A stretch of 63,484 nucleotides of DNA, filler included, from Octopus bimaculoides (GCF_001194135.2; 7 parts of 6 records of this genome joined end to end with filler, not necessarily neighbours in it), one strand, 5' to 3'; shown: positions 1 through 14,479, counted from the first letter of the whole stretch. A program made the numbers and translations. The notes: generated by a model not told the origin, from the sequence alone.

Positions 1-35
<35 letters not shown>

Positions 36-681
36 GATAGATACACATATAGATAGATAGATAGATACATTCATGAGTGTATATATAAGAGCATGCATAA
101 TCATACTTACATGCATCTTTATGTAGAATATATACGTATATATGTATATGTATATATATGTAAATTTATCTGTATATAGAGCGATAATGGTAGTAGCGGT
201 AAAAGTGTACAGTGAGTTGTGGGGTAGTTTTTATGTGTATTTTTCTTTTTTCTTTCTCTCGATTGTGGTGGTGCTTCTGATAATACTGGTCGGGATTGTA
301 ATTGTGTTACTATTGCTGGTAAAAATAATGCTAGGGTAGTTGTGGGAATGTAGGCAGTAGTGGTTTTGGTGGTGGTTTTGATCATCGTCGTCATAGTGAT
401 ATTGCTAGCATTCACAATGATGGTGGTGGCGGTCGTGGTGGTGCTGGTGATGGTGTAAGTGGTGTGGTGTGTCGTTCATTACACCATTCTCTCGTCCTTC
501 ATGAATAGCCACTACTAACACTGCTATCAAACCACCACCACCACCACAAAACAACACCAACAGCATTTCCAACGACAACAACAATAACTGAGCCCCTGTT
601 CATGCACGGGTCAACTCTAACAATTGGACCATGTTCAAAGAATTCTCATGAGTGACCATCGCATCTAAACATATTACACTC

Positions 682-1020
682 TAGCCTGGGAGTTCTTTTA
701 TCTGTGGGTCCCTTTGGTTATTATTTTATACTGGTGAACCCCCACAGCCATTCGATATCTAAAACGTAGCTTTATGAATGCATCTTTGAAATTCTTATTT
801 TGTTCTTCACACATTAACTTGTGCAGGACGAACTATCTAAAATGTTAGAGAAAGAAACCTAGTTGTGTTTTGCCATACATACACCAATACAGACAACAAG
901 GTTTTTCAGTGGCCCTTCAAATACTGTTGTGGGTCCCCAATTCACTATTTTGTTGCGTGGACACCCAAAAATTGTATACGGACCCTCAGGGGCCATATGA
1001 ACCCCAGTTGCGAAACACTG
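682..1020. mobile_element. hAT-type MITE
   Basis: Right end accccagttgcgaaacactg (reverse complement cagtgtttcgcaactgggg). Related to 39363-39520. Confidence 0.6.
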
Positions 1021-1204
1021 CTCTAAACTGATGAACTCAAGAATATAAGACTTATGTTTGAAAAATTTAACACCGAAAGCATTTACACACACAAATAAAA
1101 TGTAATTCCCAACGGATCATGTTGCTCTGTATATTCTAAATTGTTAATAACTCTTTTACATGATTCAGTCATTTNNNNNNNNNNCTCTGTATATTCTAAA
1201 TTGT

Positions 1205-1490
1205 TAATAACTCTTTTACATGATTCAGTCATTTGACTGCGGCCATGCTGGAGCACTGCCTTCAGTCGAACAAATCAACCCGGTACTTATTCTTCGTAAG
1301 CTTAGTACTTATTCTATCGGTCACTTTTGCCGAACCGACAGGTTACGGAGATGTAAACACAACAACATCGGTTGTCAAGCGATGGTGTGGAGACAAATAC
1401 AGACACACAAAAATATTTATACTTTCAGTTTCCGTCTACAGAATCCATTCTCAAGCAAGCTCTTTACCACACAGCCACGCCTGCGCTTGA
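1205..1490 (-). mobile_element. Composite SINE copy, internally deleted
   Basis: Reverse-complement similarity to 3648-4062. Confidence 0.8.
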
Positions 1491-3237
1491 CGGTTGATAT
1501 ATTTTGTTCAAATACAGTGACTATATCAGGTAGTTTTTGGACAAATTTTACATAATACATTCGTACATACATACATACATACATACAAACACACACAAAC
1601 ACACACACATACATATAACCATTTGCAAGATCCAATAGAAACGAGGTGTTTCAATAATGAGGACAACAAGGGAGAGTCAAGGGTAGCATACATATGTATC
1701 AAAAGTGTGCACGAACACTCACGTACTTTCTACAGTATATACGGATTTGTCCTTCTAGTTACGCATGCATCCACAAGTACAGACCAAATATACTCAACGT
1801 ATACGTAATATCACACAAGGGCATACTCCGATATGCAGTCCACAATCCACTGCAGGCGCACAGTTCAACGTAGCAAAATTTCCGAGTGTAGTGTGGTATA
1901 AGTAATAAAATTAAGTTGACGTTCACTACAGCTGTTTCAGATGTGTGCTTAATTGATGAACAAATCATATTGTTCATATTGTCTTTCTAAACTAGCAGTG
2001 AGATGTGAGAATCAATACACATTCTATACTCTTTATGCGAAAAATCCTAAGTGTTAAATTTAATTTTAATTTTAATTCACATGAAGAAACGGTATCTTTA
2101 CATGATGTAATTGCTTTGTTCATCAATAAAAAGCACGACTGAAACAACTACAGTGAACCTCAACCCATTTGTGTTATATGTGTATTATATACACATGTAA
2201 ATATTTATAGTATATATTATATACAAATTCATATATATANNNNNNNNNNNNNNNNNNNNNNNNNNNNNNNNNNNNNNNNNNNNNNNNNNNNNNNNNNNNN
2301 NNNNNNNNNNNNNNNNNNNNNNNNNNNNNNNNNNNNNNNNNNNNNNNNNNNNNNNNNNNNNNNNNNNNNNNNNNNNNNNNNNNNNNNNNNNNNNNNNNNN
2401 NNNNNNNNNNNNNNNNNNNNNNNNNNNNNNNNNNNNNNNNNNNNNNNNNNNNNNNNNNNNNNNNNNNNNNNNNNNNNNNNNNNNNNNNNNNNNNNNNNNN
2501 NNNNNNNNNNNNNNNNNNNNNNNNNNNNNNNNNNNNNNNNNNNNNNNNNNNNNNNNNNNNNNNNNNNNNNNNNNNNNNNNNNNNNNNNNNNNNNNNNNNN
2601 NNNNNNNNNNNNNNNNNNNNNNNNNNNNNNNNNNNNNNNNNNNNNNNNNNNNNNNNNNNNNNNNNNNNNNNNNNNNNNNNNNNNNNNNNNNNNNNNNNNN
2701 NNNNNNNNNNNNNNNNNNNNNNNNNNNNNNNNNNNNNNNNNNNNNNNNNNNNNNNNNNNNNNNNNNNNNNNNNNNNNNNNNNNNNNNNNNNNNNNNNNNN
2801 NNNNNNNNNNNNNNNNNNNNNNNNNNNNNNNNNNNNNNNNNNNNNNNNNNNNNNNNNNNNNNNNNNNNNNNNNNNNNNNNNNNNNNNNNNNNNNNNNNNN
2901 NNNNNNNNNNNNNNNNNNNNNNNNNNNNNNNNNNNNNNNNNNNNNNNNNNNNNNNNNNNNNNNNNNNNNNNNNNNNNNNNNNNNNNNNNNNNNNNNNNNN
3001 NNNNNNNNNNNNNNNNNNNNNNNNNNNNNNNNNNNNNNNNNNNNNNNNNNNNNNNNNNNNNNNNNNNNNNNNNNNNNNNNNNNNNNNNNNNNNNNNNNNN
3101 NNNNNNNNNNNNNNNNNNNNNNNNNNNNNNNNNNNNNNNNNNNNNNNNNNNNNNNNNNNNNNNNNNNNNNNNNNNNNNNNNNNNNNNNNNNNNNNNNNNN
3201 NNNNNNNNNNNNNNNNNNNNNNNNNNNNNNNNNNNNN

Positions 3238-3299
<62 letters not shown>

Positions 3300-3600
3300 A
3301 TAGATTGACAGATAGATAGGTATCAACATATACTTTTGACTCTCTTTGTTTCGAAATATATGTAACCGTCCAAATTCCCATCAGTTTTCTACATAATGAC
3401 ACTCGAAATTCCATTTCCAGTACAATACACACACATACACGTGCAAGCACATGTACACGCTTGCACGCGTATAAGTATAGACGCACATGCATGCCCACAC
3501 CTATATGTATGTATATATATACACATATGTATGTGTGTGTGTGTGTGTGTGTGTTAATATATATGTTGATGTATATGTATANNNNNNNNNNATATATATA

Positions 3601-3633
<33 letters not shown>

Positions 3634-3647
3634 AAATGTATATACAT

Positions 3648-4062
3648 ATGAGTAACTGTGTCGTAAGAAGCTTGCTTCCCAACCACATGATCCCGAGTTC
3701 AGTCCCACTGCGTGGCACCTTGAGCAACTGTCGTCTACTGTAGCCTCGGTCCGGCTAAACCCTTGTGACTAGATTTGGTAGACGGAAAGTGAAAGAATCC
3801 TGTCGTATACATGTGTGTATGTATGTATGTATGTATGTATGTATGTATGTATGTGTCTGTATTTATTCCTACCACTACCTTCGCTTGACAACCAGTGTTG
3901 GTATATTTATGTCCCCGTAACTTAGCGGTTCGGATTAGGAAACCAATAGAATAATTACTAAGCTTACAATAAATAAGTCCTGGGGTCGATTTGTTCCACT
4001 AAAGGTGTTACTCCATCATGGCCGCATTCAAATGACTGAAACAAGTAAAAGGATAAAAAATA
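3648..4062 (+). mobile_element. Full composite tRNA/CORE-like SINE: head, internal microsatellite, body
   Basis: B box gagttcagtccc, CORE-like ggcaccttgagcaa, (TATG)n, and a body ending catggccgcattcaaatgactgaaacaagtaaaag. Confidence 0.85.
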
Positions 4063-5265
4063 AAAGATACATACATACATACATACATATATATATANNN
4101 NNNNNNNNNNNNNNNNNNNNNNNNNNNNNNNNNNNNNNNNNNNNNNNNNNNNNNNNNNNNNNNNNNNNNNNNNNNNNNNNNNNNNNNNNNNNNNNNNNNN
4201 NNNNNNNNNNNNNNNNNNNNNNNNNNNNNNNNNNNNNNNNNNNNNNNNNNNNNNNNNNNNNNNNNNNNNNNNNNNNNNNNNNNNNNNNNNNNNNNNNNNN
4301 NNNNNNNNNNNNNNNNNNNNNNNNNNNNNNNNNNNNNNNNNNNNNNNNNNNNNNNNNNNNNNNNNNNNNNNNNNNNNNNNNNNNNNNNNNNNNNNNNNNN
4401 NNNNNNNNNNNNNNNNNNNNNNNNNNNNNNNNNNNNNNNNNNNNNNNNNNNNNNNNNNNNNNNNNNNNNNNNNNNNNNNNNNNNNNNNNNNNNNNNNNNN
4501 NNNNNNNNNNNNNNNNNNNNNNNNNNNNNNNNNNNNNNNNNNNNNNNNNNNNNNNNNNNNNNNNNNNNNNNNNNNNNNNNNNNNNNNNNNNNNNNNNNNN
4601 NNNNNNNNNNNNNNNNNNNNNNNNNNNNNNNNNNNNNNNNNNNNNNNNNNNNNNNNNNNNNNNNNNNNNNNNNNNNNNNNNNNNNNNNNNNNNNNNNNNN
4701 NNNNNNNNNNNNNNNNNNNNNNNNNNNNNNNNNNNNNNNNNNNNNNNNNNNNNNNNNNNNNNNNNNNNNNNNTATATATATATATATATATATATATGTA
4801 GACACACACTCACACGCACACATATGCTTACGTATACGTATATACATTCATGCATACCCACACCTAGGAGTATTCGCATTGACTCATACACACACACACA
4901 TACACACACACACAAATACACACATTTATGTACCCATACCTAACTGCCTATACATACAGACACGGTGAAAGACAAATGAGAAAGGACGAGAGAGAGACAG
5001 TATCAATGCAATAAAATATGTAAGATGGCTTGTGGAGGCGAATTAATTTCATAATACATTATTATATGAACATTATTTCCTTATTTTGCAAGACATTCTA
5101 TTACATATGTAAAAGCTATAAAAACTACCAGACTTTTTATTAGGCACTCCAAATATATACATAAATATATATATATTTATGTGTATAGAAAGATTGATAC
5201 ACATATTTATACAGATGTAGATATACACATATATATGTATATATATATGTGTATAAATATCTGTC

Positions 5266-5316
<51 letters not shown>

Positions 5317-5797
5317 CACAGATATGTGTGTCTATATATTATATATTTACGAGATTACAATTTCACGAATATCTTCCAATTGTTTAGAATTTATTCATCA
5401 TTAACTTATATTTTATAAAAAATAAATTAATACATACATTCTCTGTGTTGATTTTATTATATGAATTGATTATTCTTACGTAGCATATTCATGCTTAGTG
5501 TCATACATAGAGAGGTGCATATGGATATGTGGATGTATATGTAGGTGCGGGAGAGTGACTCTGTGAGTGTGTGCATGTTTGTGTGTGTGTGTGTGCGTGC
5601 ACACACGTGAATATGTATATTCAAATATATACATTGAAACACCACGTGAATATATATACATTGAAACACCATTGAAACACACATGATTATGTATATAAAT
5701 ACATGTACATAAATATGAGACACATATGTGCTTATACGTATTGATATAACAACACCCCAAAACAGACGCACAAACATAGCCATTCCCGTGTGCATGT

Positions 5798-5842
<45 letters not shown>

Positions 5843-6562
5843 CATATATATATATATATGCACACATATATATACACACATATATATATATACACATATA
5901 AATACACACACACACAAACGCATATATATATATTTACAAACATACATATATATATATATATAGATACGTACAGGCATTGGGATGTAGTTGTTTGTGCCTA
6001 TACTAACAAAATAATTTCACGGATAAATTGAAACAACTCAACACTTTAAGCACATTTAATGTTTTTTTTATGTATATTAGCTCAGACTACATCTCATCTC
6101 ATCTCATTAGTCTGAGTTTCAAGCCTGGAGGCAATACTCAAACGACGATGGTTATTTTTGAGAGCTCCACTACGTTCAGATGACACTAGACTACAAGAAT
6201 TGCGGCGGGCTTCCGGTTGACTGTATCCGGTTTCTGAGTTTGTAAATTTCTAGCGGGGTAGCGAAGTAGATCTGGGGAATAATCAGCTTGTAGTGTTTTG
6301 TTATAATTAAAAATTTTAAATTTCTTCTCATCATGACTTTTGAATATTAATTAGGATTTCCTGTTAATAATGGCTGTTGTTCAGGTTAATATTTTGTATT
6401 TTGCCTCACTACTGAGGTTTCAGTGAATTTATCGTTGAATATATTTGTTTCTGTGGGCTAAAGTAGATTACTGGAGTATACTGGTTGGTGGGCTTTCCTT
6501 TACATGTTGTATGCCACTCGACAGAGCTGCTGTATGTTCGAAAGAAGTGGAGGAGGATATAC

Positions 6563-6597
<35 letters not shown>

Positions 6598-6669
6598 TTT
6601 ATAAACGTGCAAACATGAATATATCTGCATTTATCACTCTTACATTTTGTTTTTATCTATATCTATTCT

Positions 6670-6880
6670 TTTATTGTTTTACTTGTTTCAATCATTTCAC
6701 CGCCTTGAATGGATTTAATCGAATAAATCGACTCCAGGACCTTTTTTTTTTTTTTGCCTAGTACTAATTCTATCGCTCTCTTTTGCCGAACCGCTACTTC
6801 TGGGGACGTAAATACACCAACACCGGTTGTCAAGTGGTGATGGGGGTCAAACAAAGACACACACGCACACACGCACACAC
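6670..6880 (-). mobile_element. Composite SINE, 3' body only
   Basis: Similar to 3855-4062. Confidence 0.8.
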
Positions 6881-6884
6881 ATAT

Positions 6885-7775
6885 GGATCGTTTGCGGAGA
6901 TGACACTATTCACAAGATTAATGTTGACAGATGGACAAAGAAGTTTAAAGATAGGGAAACTACGATTGAAGACAAACCATGCCGTGGGGACCATCAATTG
7001 TGACCACTGATACAAATTTAAGCGTGTGAACGAATTGATCTGCACGCACAGACGTGTCATAATCCGAGTTCTTACTACACAATAAATGCGGTTACAATGT
7101 ATTGAAGTTGGTAGAAGTTGGTAGAAGACGTTAGTAGCAGAAAGTGTGCTTGAAGTGCTTGAAACTGACGAAGACGAGCTTTTTCACGATCAAATGACGA
7201 GGAATAATATTGGCCGTATTTTTATGTTCTGAAAACGAAGTCTCATTCCATGAAAGGACATGAGACGTTTCCTCCAAAGCCAGAGATATTTATGAATCAG
7301 CGATAGATTCAGAACGTAATGGTGGCAGTTTGGAGGATATCAAGGGTGTTACTCTCCTAGATTTTCTGTAACGTAGCAGTAATAGGGCCAGCAAACAGTA
7401 CATTGAGACACTCAAAAGGTTAAAAAAAAATAAACAGCGAAAAACGTTAGGTGATAAAGACGGAACAAGAATCTGAAGACTATCCACATGTATCGTTACA
7501 ATGTGCAGCCATGTTTGGTAGGTAATCAAGCAATCGGTAAGTTGGGTGGTCAGAGCTCGTACATCCCGGATCTGGTGCTTACCGGCTTCTAGCTGCTCAG
7601 TCCAATGTAGGACAGCTTTCGAAAATAACGATTTGATAACACTGACATGGTGACATTGACAGGGAAAAGTACGTACAAGAATGTAAGCCTGAATCTTTGC
7701 AAAGCGGATTCGAGAATTCGGTTCAACAATGGCGCACATTCATCACTTGTGATGGAAACTACGTTGTGAAGAATC
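6885..7775 (+). mobile_element. Old mariner relic
   Basis: Frameshifted YGDDTIHKINVDRWTKKFKDRETTIEDKP..DIKGVTLLDFL..YIETLKRLK..SYIPDLVLTGF..QQWRTFITCDGNYV. Confidence 0.8.
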
Positions 7776-7899
7776 TTTGAAAAAAAAAAAAAAATTGCTC
7801 TACCAACGATCTATATCTGTTAATGAAAATGCCATGTCTACTTTTGCATTATTTCCTGTAGAACACTGGTATTACACAGACATGAATGTATGTAATACC

Positions 7900-8280
7900 A
7901 GAGTTCCAAGAGAGGTAAAGGAAGAGTATGTATATGTACGATGTTGGTGCTCTACGAAGTACATGTGAAAGACACTCTTATACCTCCAGAAGAGGTCAAT
8001 TCAGCTGATCTAATTAATATGCATAAAGTCACTCGCACACATGCCTCATCCTGTGGTCCGCAAAAGAGTTATCTGTTCTCCTCGCCCTTTTTTTACTGCT
8101 ACAAAATGACCTTAAAGCTGGCAGGGTTTGTGCTGTCTTTCCGCTCCAACATTCCCATTTTGCTATTCTCTCCATTTTGTATCACACTTGTTTTCAATCT
8201 CCTCCAGATCTTGCATCATTACCCTATGGTCAGGCCTTCCTTTACGAAAGAATTTCCTGTACAACTCCTTCCCAATTAAT
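7900..8280 (+). mobile_element. CR1-like LINE 3' relic
   Basis: Degenerate YLQKRSIQLI..FFYCYK..LWSGLP motifs. Confidence 0.5.
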
Positions 8281-8559
8281 ATCATTCTCGGAGATATTAA
8301 CTTAGAAATGTTAAGATCACTATTAATAACATTAATGTCCAGTAATCAATAAACTAATAGCGTATGTCTTATGGTCTATATTTAATACACAAGCTAAACG
8401 GTACATGTTAGAAATCGTCATTAAATACTTTGTAAATTTTTACTGTTTCTAATGGTTCATGTTGTAAAAAGAGAGAACACTTGGTTCTATGGTCTCCGTA
8501 GCCTGAAGTGGATGTGAAATAATTATCTTCTTGGAGATGTTGGTTTATCGCATGTTGTT

Positions 8560-8900
8560 TAGTAGCCAGAAGAGGATAACATGCCCGCTTCATACTGCTG
8601 CTTTCAATACTCTCTGTGGGTTAGACATACTAACTCCTCTTTCATTCTCTGTCGCTATTACAATGCTGACCTCTCCATGGAGCTGTCTGATACCCTGCAA
8701 TCTCAACTCACGCCTGCCTGGCTCATTCACCCCTCTTCATCTCATCACTTGCTTCATGTTTACTTACGTCCTGGTTTGCACAAAATCCTACGTCCAGTCC
8801 TTTTCCCCAAGTATATTACTTTGGGGTATCCCTTTCCTGCACATGACATCTTTCTTGGGCCTTGTCAAGAAGAATGTCAATGACGTGGAGTTCACTAGTC
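8560..8900 (+). mobile_element. CR1-like LINE 3' relic
   Basis: SLWVRHTNSSFILCRYYNADLSMEL and CTKSYVQSFSPSILLWG across a frameshift. Confidence 0.65.
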
Positions 8901-9234
8901 TCGGAGGACCTGTGAAGGGCATCGTCCCATCTACTTCCAGCAAAAATCATTAGACATAACTAATATATATTACTCAGGTACCTATTTGCAAAAAAATCTA
9001 TTTGGGCAGCATCGACTTGGTGAACCGACTGTTTAGAAACAGTAACCAAATTATACCTAACGTCTTCTAAAAGTAAGGAGACACTGGAAAAAGTAGTCTT
9101 AGATATACAAAACATATGTAAAATAGACGGAATTGCCATTGACGGAACGCCTTTGTATCTCAGACGGGCTGGATCGACATCGATTTTAGACTAAATAATG
9201 ATATTAAATTTTGGCGAGGAGCCAACATCGACCG

Positions 9235-9382
9235 CAGTGTTTCACTGGTACTTCCTATATCATTCACGGAAGGATGAAGGGTAAAGTCGACCACAGCAGA
9301 ATTTGAACTCAAAACGCAAAGATGAATAAAATGCCGCTAAGCATTTTGTCCACCGTGCTAACGACTCTGCCTCTTCGCTGTC
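9235..9382 (-). mobile_element. Family-A SINE
   Basis: Reverse complement of the consensus. Confidence 0.75.
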
Positions 9383-10662
9383 ATTTTTAAAGCTAAATTA
9401 TAACAACAGTACTCTACTGTTATCAATTACCTCTATTAATTCTACACATGATTTAATTTATTTACTTAATTTCACTGATCAATATAGATATTTAATTTCA
9501 GTGATCAATAAACAACATCAATATCAACAAAAAACATAAAAGTAGAAAATATAAGTTCAAACATTATTGCAGTGGGTCTTGATTCGGTCTCCAGTTAGTG
9601 TTGCTGCATCAATGCAAATAAGTCCTAACTACCTCTCCATTTAGTTCTACTGTTCAATAAATTCGATTACATTACGGATCGTTTATGCTCTACTATTTCT
9701 TGCAGACATAGATTTGTAAAGAAGAGATATTATTAGCGTCAAACTTCTCATCGATGGTGGCCTAGCCGTGGCGATCCTGTTTATTTGGAAATTCCTGAAT
9801 AATTGCATTTCTCAGTGTGCCTTTTCTTTTGAAATGGTAAAATGTCATTTTAGGGAGATTTGGTTGCTATTTCTAGTAGTTAGAACGAGCAAGTTGGAAC
9901 GTCATAACAGAAATGAAATGGATTAGCTAAAGCACACACACACACACACGCCTACGCGCACACACACACACAATCAAACAAACGAGCACATGTACACGCA
10001 TTCAGAAATATATAGAAATAGGCAAACAAAAACGCGAACATATGCAAATATTCATAGTGATTCAAAGTAAAAGTCAAAAAGAAATTTTGAAAGTGGCAGG
10101 AATGACGACTAAATTCTAGTGTATTGTAGAGCCTGGACATTTGACAAGAAGATTGCTGGCTTTGCTGAGTCAAGAGCAAATCCCCTTCTCACACAGGAAT
10201 ATAACAACAAAGGTCTAAAGAAAATGACAGCCAATATTACTTTCCTGTCCGTTATAAAATATGACAAAATATCCTGCCCGTGTCCCGTCCGTGGAAATAG
10301 TGTACTAACTTTAATTAAAATATGTATATATTCAGTTAACAAACAACTCAACTATGATGATATAAGTTCTATCCCACAAGGAGGGACTTAATAATTCAAT
10401 CAAAGGATCATAGAATCAGAAGATTACAAAAGAAGGAAACCCAACTTTGCTTTGTCTGGTATGCTGTTGTTGTTTTTGTTGTGCTACTTCCTCGAATTTG
10501 GAAGCAAACATTGCATGATTAAAAACCTTGGGTCAATGCCAAACTGAATGCACGATTAAATTTCACTCGCATGGCAATTAATACGGGCGACATTTATGCA
10601 TGTATATAAGTATGAATGTGTACATGCATATGTGCATATGTGTGTGTGTGTGTGTGTTTGTA

Positions 10663-10724
<62 letters not shown>

Positions 10725-11541
10725 AAGTACAAACGCACACATATATGTATACTAACAGATATACATAGATGCATATACATGTGCATATATATGCATCTAT
10801 ATATATATGTATATATGTATATCTATATNNNNNNNNNNNNNNNNNNNNNNNNNNNNNNNNNNNNNNNNNNNNNNNNNNNNNNNNNNNNNNNNNNNNNNNN
10901 NNNNNNNNNNNNNNNNNNNNNNNNNNNNNNNNNNNNNNNNNNNNNNNNNNNNNNNNNNNNNNNNNNNNNNNNNNNNNNNNNNNNNNNNNNNNNNNNNNNN
11001 NNNNNNNNNNNNNNNNNNNNNNNNNNNNNNNNNNNNNNNNNNNNNNNNNNNNNNNNNNNNNNNNNNNNNNNNNNNNNNNNNNNNNNNNNNNNNNNNNNNN
11101 NNNNNNNNNNNNNNNNNNNNNNNNNNNNNNNNNNNNNNNNNNNNNNNNNNNNNNNNNNNNNNNNNNNNNNNNNNNNNNNNNNNNNNNNNNNNNNNNNNNN
11201 NNNNNNNNNNNNNNNNNNNNNNNNNNNNNNNNNNNNNNNNNNNNNNNNNNNNNNNNNNNNNNNNNNNNNNNNNNNNNNNNNNNNNNNNNNNNNNNNNNNN
11301 NNNNNNNNNNNNNNNNNNNNNNNNNNNNNNNNNNNNNNNNNNNNNNNNNNNNNNNNNNNNNNNNNNNNNNNNNNNNNNNNNNNNNNNNNNNNNNNNNNNN
11401 NNNNNNNNNNNNNNNNNNNNNNNNNNNNNNNNNNNNNNNNNNNNNNNNNNNNNNNNNNNNNNNNNNNNNNNNNNNNNNNNNNNNNNNNNNNNNNNNNNNN
11501 NNNNNNNNNNNNNNNNNNNNNNNNNNNNNNNNNNNNNNNNN

Positions 11542-11542
11542 N

Positions 11543-11621
<79 letters not shown>

Positions 11622-11712
11622 AAGAAGAATGGTGATGATGATGATGACGAGGACGACGATGAAGATAGTGGTAGTGGTGGATGATGATGATGATGGCGAT
11701 GATGATGATGAC

Positions 11713-11778
<66 letters not shown>

Positions 11779-11960
11779 GATGATAATGATGATGATGATG
11801 AGGAGGAGGAGGAGGAGGATAGCGAAACATGGCGAAGATGATAACGATGCTAATGATGAAGATGACGTTGTTTATAAATATTGATGGGATAACGACAACA
11901 AAAAGCCACAACAACAACACTCAGCAATAAACAATAACAGCAACAACAACAACAACAACA
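11542..11960. repeat. Compound trinucleotide microsatellite (TAA)(GAA)(GAT)(GAG)(CAA)
   Basis: Direct reading. Explains the poly-N/K/D/M ORFs. Confidence 0.95.
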
Positions 11961-12363
11961 ATAATAGTAAGCTTCAAGAGGTTATATAGGACGAAAAAAA
12001 AAGGAAGGAATGGAATAATCGGAGTAAAATTTAAAAAGAAAATATATAAAAAGAAACAATAATCAGAAGAAAACAAACATCACCCACCCACCCACCTACT
12101 GCGTTAAAATGGTGATATTTTACCATCTGTGCCTGTTTGACATATTAAACCAAACTTCCTTTATTAGGTCAAGGTCAAGAGTTGATTTTAAACCACCGTC
12201 ATTGCCTGACTGGACTCGGAGAGTTTTAATTATATTTCTTCGATGAACTTACCACTGCCACAGTTACTGCACCATCTTAACAACACAACCACCAGCACCA
12301 CCGCCACCAACATCATCATTGTCACTTATCAACACAGCTCTCTGAGAGCACCACTACAAAGAC

Positions 12364-12423
<60 letters not shown>

Positions 12424-12587
12424 GCGTCTCAATGGATTTGTTTCCACTATAGACTAATCAGTATAAACGGGAGATCAGCCATTTTCCTTTTTTTGCGGAT
12501 GTTATACAGATATAGAGGAAGTGCAAGAGCGACTGAAAGAAAGCGTGTGTGGGAAAGTGTGAGTATATATATATGTGTGTGTGTGCA

Positions 12588-12620
<33 letters not shown>

Positions 12621-12621
12621 A

Positions 12622-12652
<31 letters not shown>

Positions 12653-12893
12653 ATATCTATCTATCTATCTAATCTATCTATCTATATATATATTTATATA
12701 TATACACACACACATACACACACTCACACACACACACACACACTCACACACACACATACGTATATATATTTATGTATGTATGCTATCTATCTAGCTATCT
12801 ATCTATTCTTATATATAGGGAGATATAGATAGATAGATAGATAGATAGACACACATTGAGTGGCAAAGAAGCGGAACAATGATAGAGATAGAG

Positions 12894-12956
<63 letters not shown>

Positions 12957-13539
12957 GACAGAGACAGAGAGTGAAAGAGAAAGGCAGAATATGTTGTTTT
13001 TGTTCTTATTGTTGGTGAGCCCTTAATCTGATGTCATCTGAAACCCGGGTATACAATGGAGATGATATTGGATAGGTGGAGGTAACATGTGGATGAGACT
13101 GTGACGGAAAGAAAGTCTGCTAGAAGTAAACAAACAAGAGAAGCTAAATTGGAAAGAAAGACGGAAGGAAAATGTACGAGATAATGGAAAACAGTGGAAA
13201 TGTTGGGTGAAATAAAGATATTGTTTGAATGGGAATAATATAAATATAAATAGAAGAATAGGGAGCGAGTTGACTGGGTGGAGTAGAACAGTGCAGGAGA
13301 GATCTGGCATAATATAACAGAAAGAATTAGATTTAGACTAATTAACGAATTCTCTGAGGCGAACTAGAAACACGCACACACACGTGTGCACACATACATA
13401 CGCACACTCACGCATATAAACATGCAAAAGAAAAAAGAAAATTAGAATAAAACCTTAATAATTATTTCTTACGTAGTTATGTAAAGCTACGTGGCCTTGT
13501 GATTATGGAGTTTGCCTCATGATCATACGGTCGTCCGTT

Positions 13540-13760
13540 CAATTCTTAGACAGGGCAATATGCTTTGTGTTTGAGCAAGACTCTTTATCTTGCTTTGTTC
13601 AAGTCTACTTAGCTGAAACTGAGTACCAGCTAACTGCTGGTGCAGCTCTCTCTCTCCTCCGAGAAGTCACAGACCGTTTGTTCCGCCGCGTCAAAGTTGA
13701 AAGAACCAAGAAGTCATTTATGTTTGCTCGTGACTACAACGGAACCTTAAAAGATTAGCG
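13540..13760 (+). mobile_element. Possible L2/Rex-like LINE 3' end
   Basis: ORF ends LFRRVKVERTKKSFMFARDYN, resembling the RT.R.K.SF terminal motif. Confidence 0.35.
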
Positions 13761-14479
13761 AAAGCATGGTACAAGTAAACAAATTATACTCGCTTGCGAG
13801 TGACAGCTGGCTGTACATTGCCATTAATAATAATATTTCCGTATAATGAGAGAAATGGAAAAAATGTGTGACGTTCATTCATTTCCTGAACCTATCAGTT
13901 GATGTAATTCTAGCAAAATGTTTACATTTCAAAAATTATCGAATACCTGGAGGTGCGTATATTCATTGCTGCCTTACGATGTTAATAAAAGAAACAGACA
14001 AAAAAAAAAAAACAATAATAAAGTCTAACGATGGAATTGCCATGTGGTCGCTCGATTTGTGAGAAATAGTAGCTAAATTTATTTCAACCATCCCACAGTT
14101 CGAAACAGGGAAGTAAACATTAGAGGTTATGTATTTCTACATAATCTCAACAAGAAAGGATAGTCACGACTGTAATGCCTTTGATTAAAGGTTTGCGTGT
14201 GCTGAGTTGACAAGGGTCTAAACAACAACAACAATTGCAATAACATCAACAAGGCACATTTACAGATCTTTGATATCTTCAAATGATTTGTTTTGTAAAT
14301 GTTTTAGAAATATGTTCTAAACAAGCTTTTGGAAGCTACATCATTTCTAAATTCCTCATCGATTCACAAATGATCAACGTATTTAAATTGCAACGTGACT
14401 ATGGAAGGTGTGGCAGAGGGATATGTGTGACAGTAAGAGTCGAGATCTCTTAGAATGGAAAAGAAAAAGGTTACTCTCT

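Noticed and set aside
1759-1900. Plus-strand exon after gatttgtccttctag
   Set aside because: No convincing donor or recognisable peptide, and it runs into a probable repeat.
2185-5977. Long ORFs rich in X, YI, HT and CV (and similar ones throughout)
   Set aside because: Translations of N runs and TA/CA/GATA microsatellites.
6370-6426. MAVVQVNILYFAS resembling MOCS2A/MoaD
   Set aside because: Stops after 18 codons with no good donor and no downstream exons found.
10119-10391. ORF AWTFDKKIAGFAESRANP
   Set aside because: No clear donor and no recognised homology.
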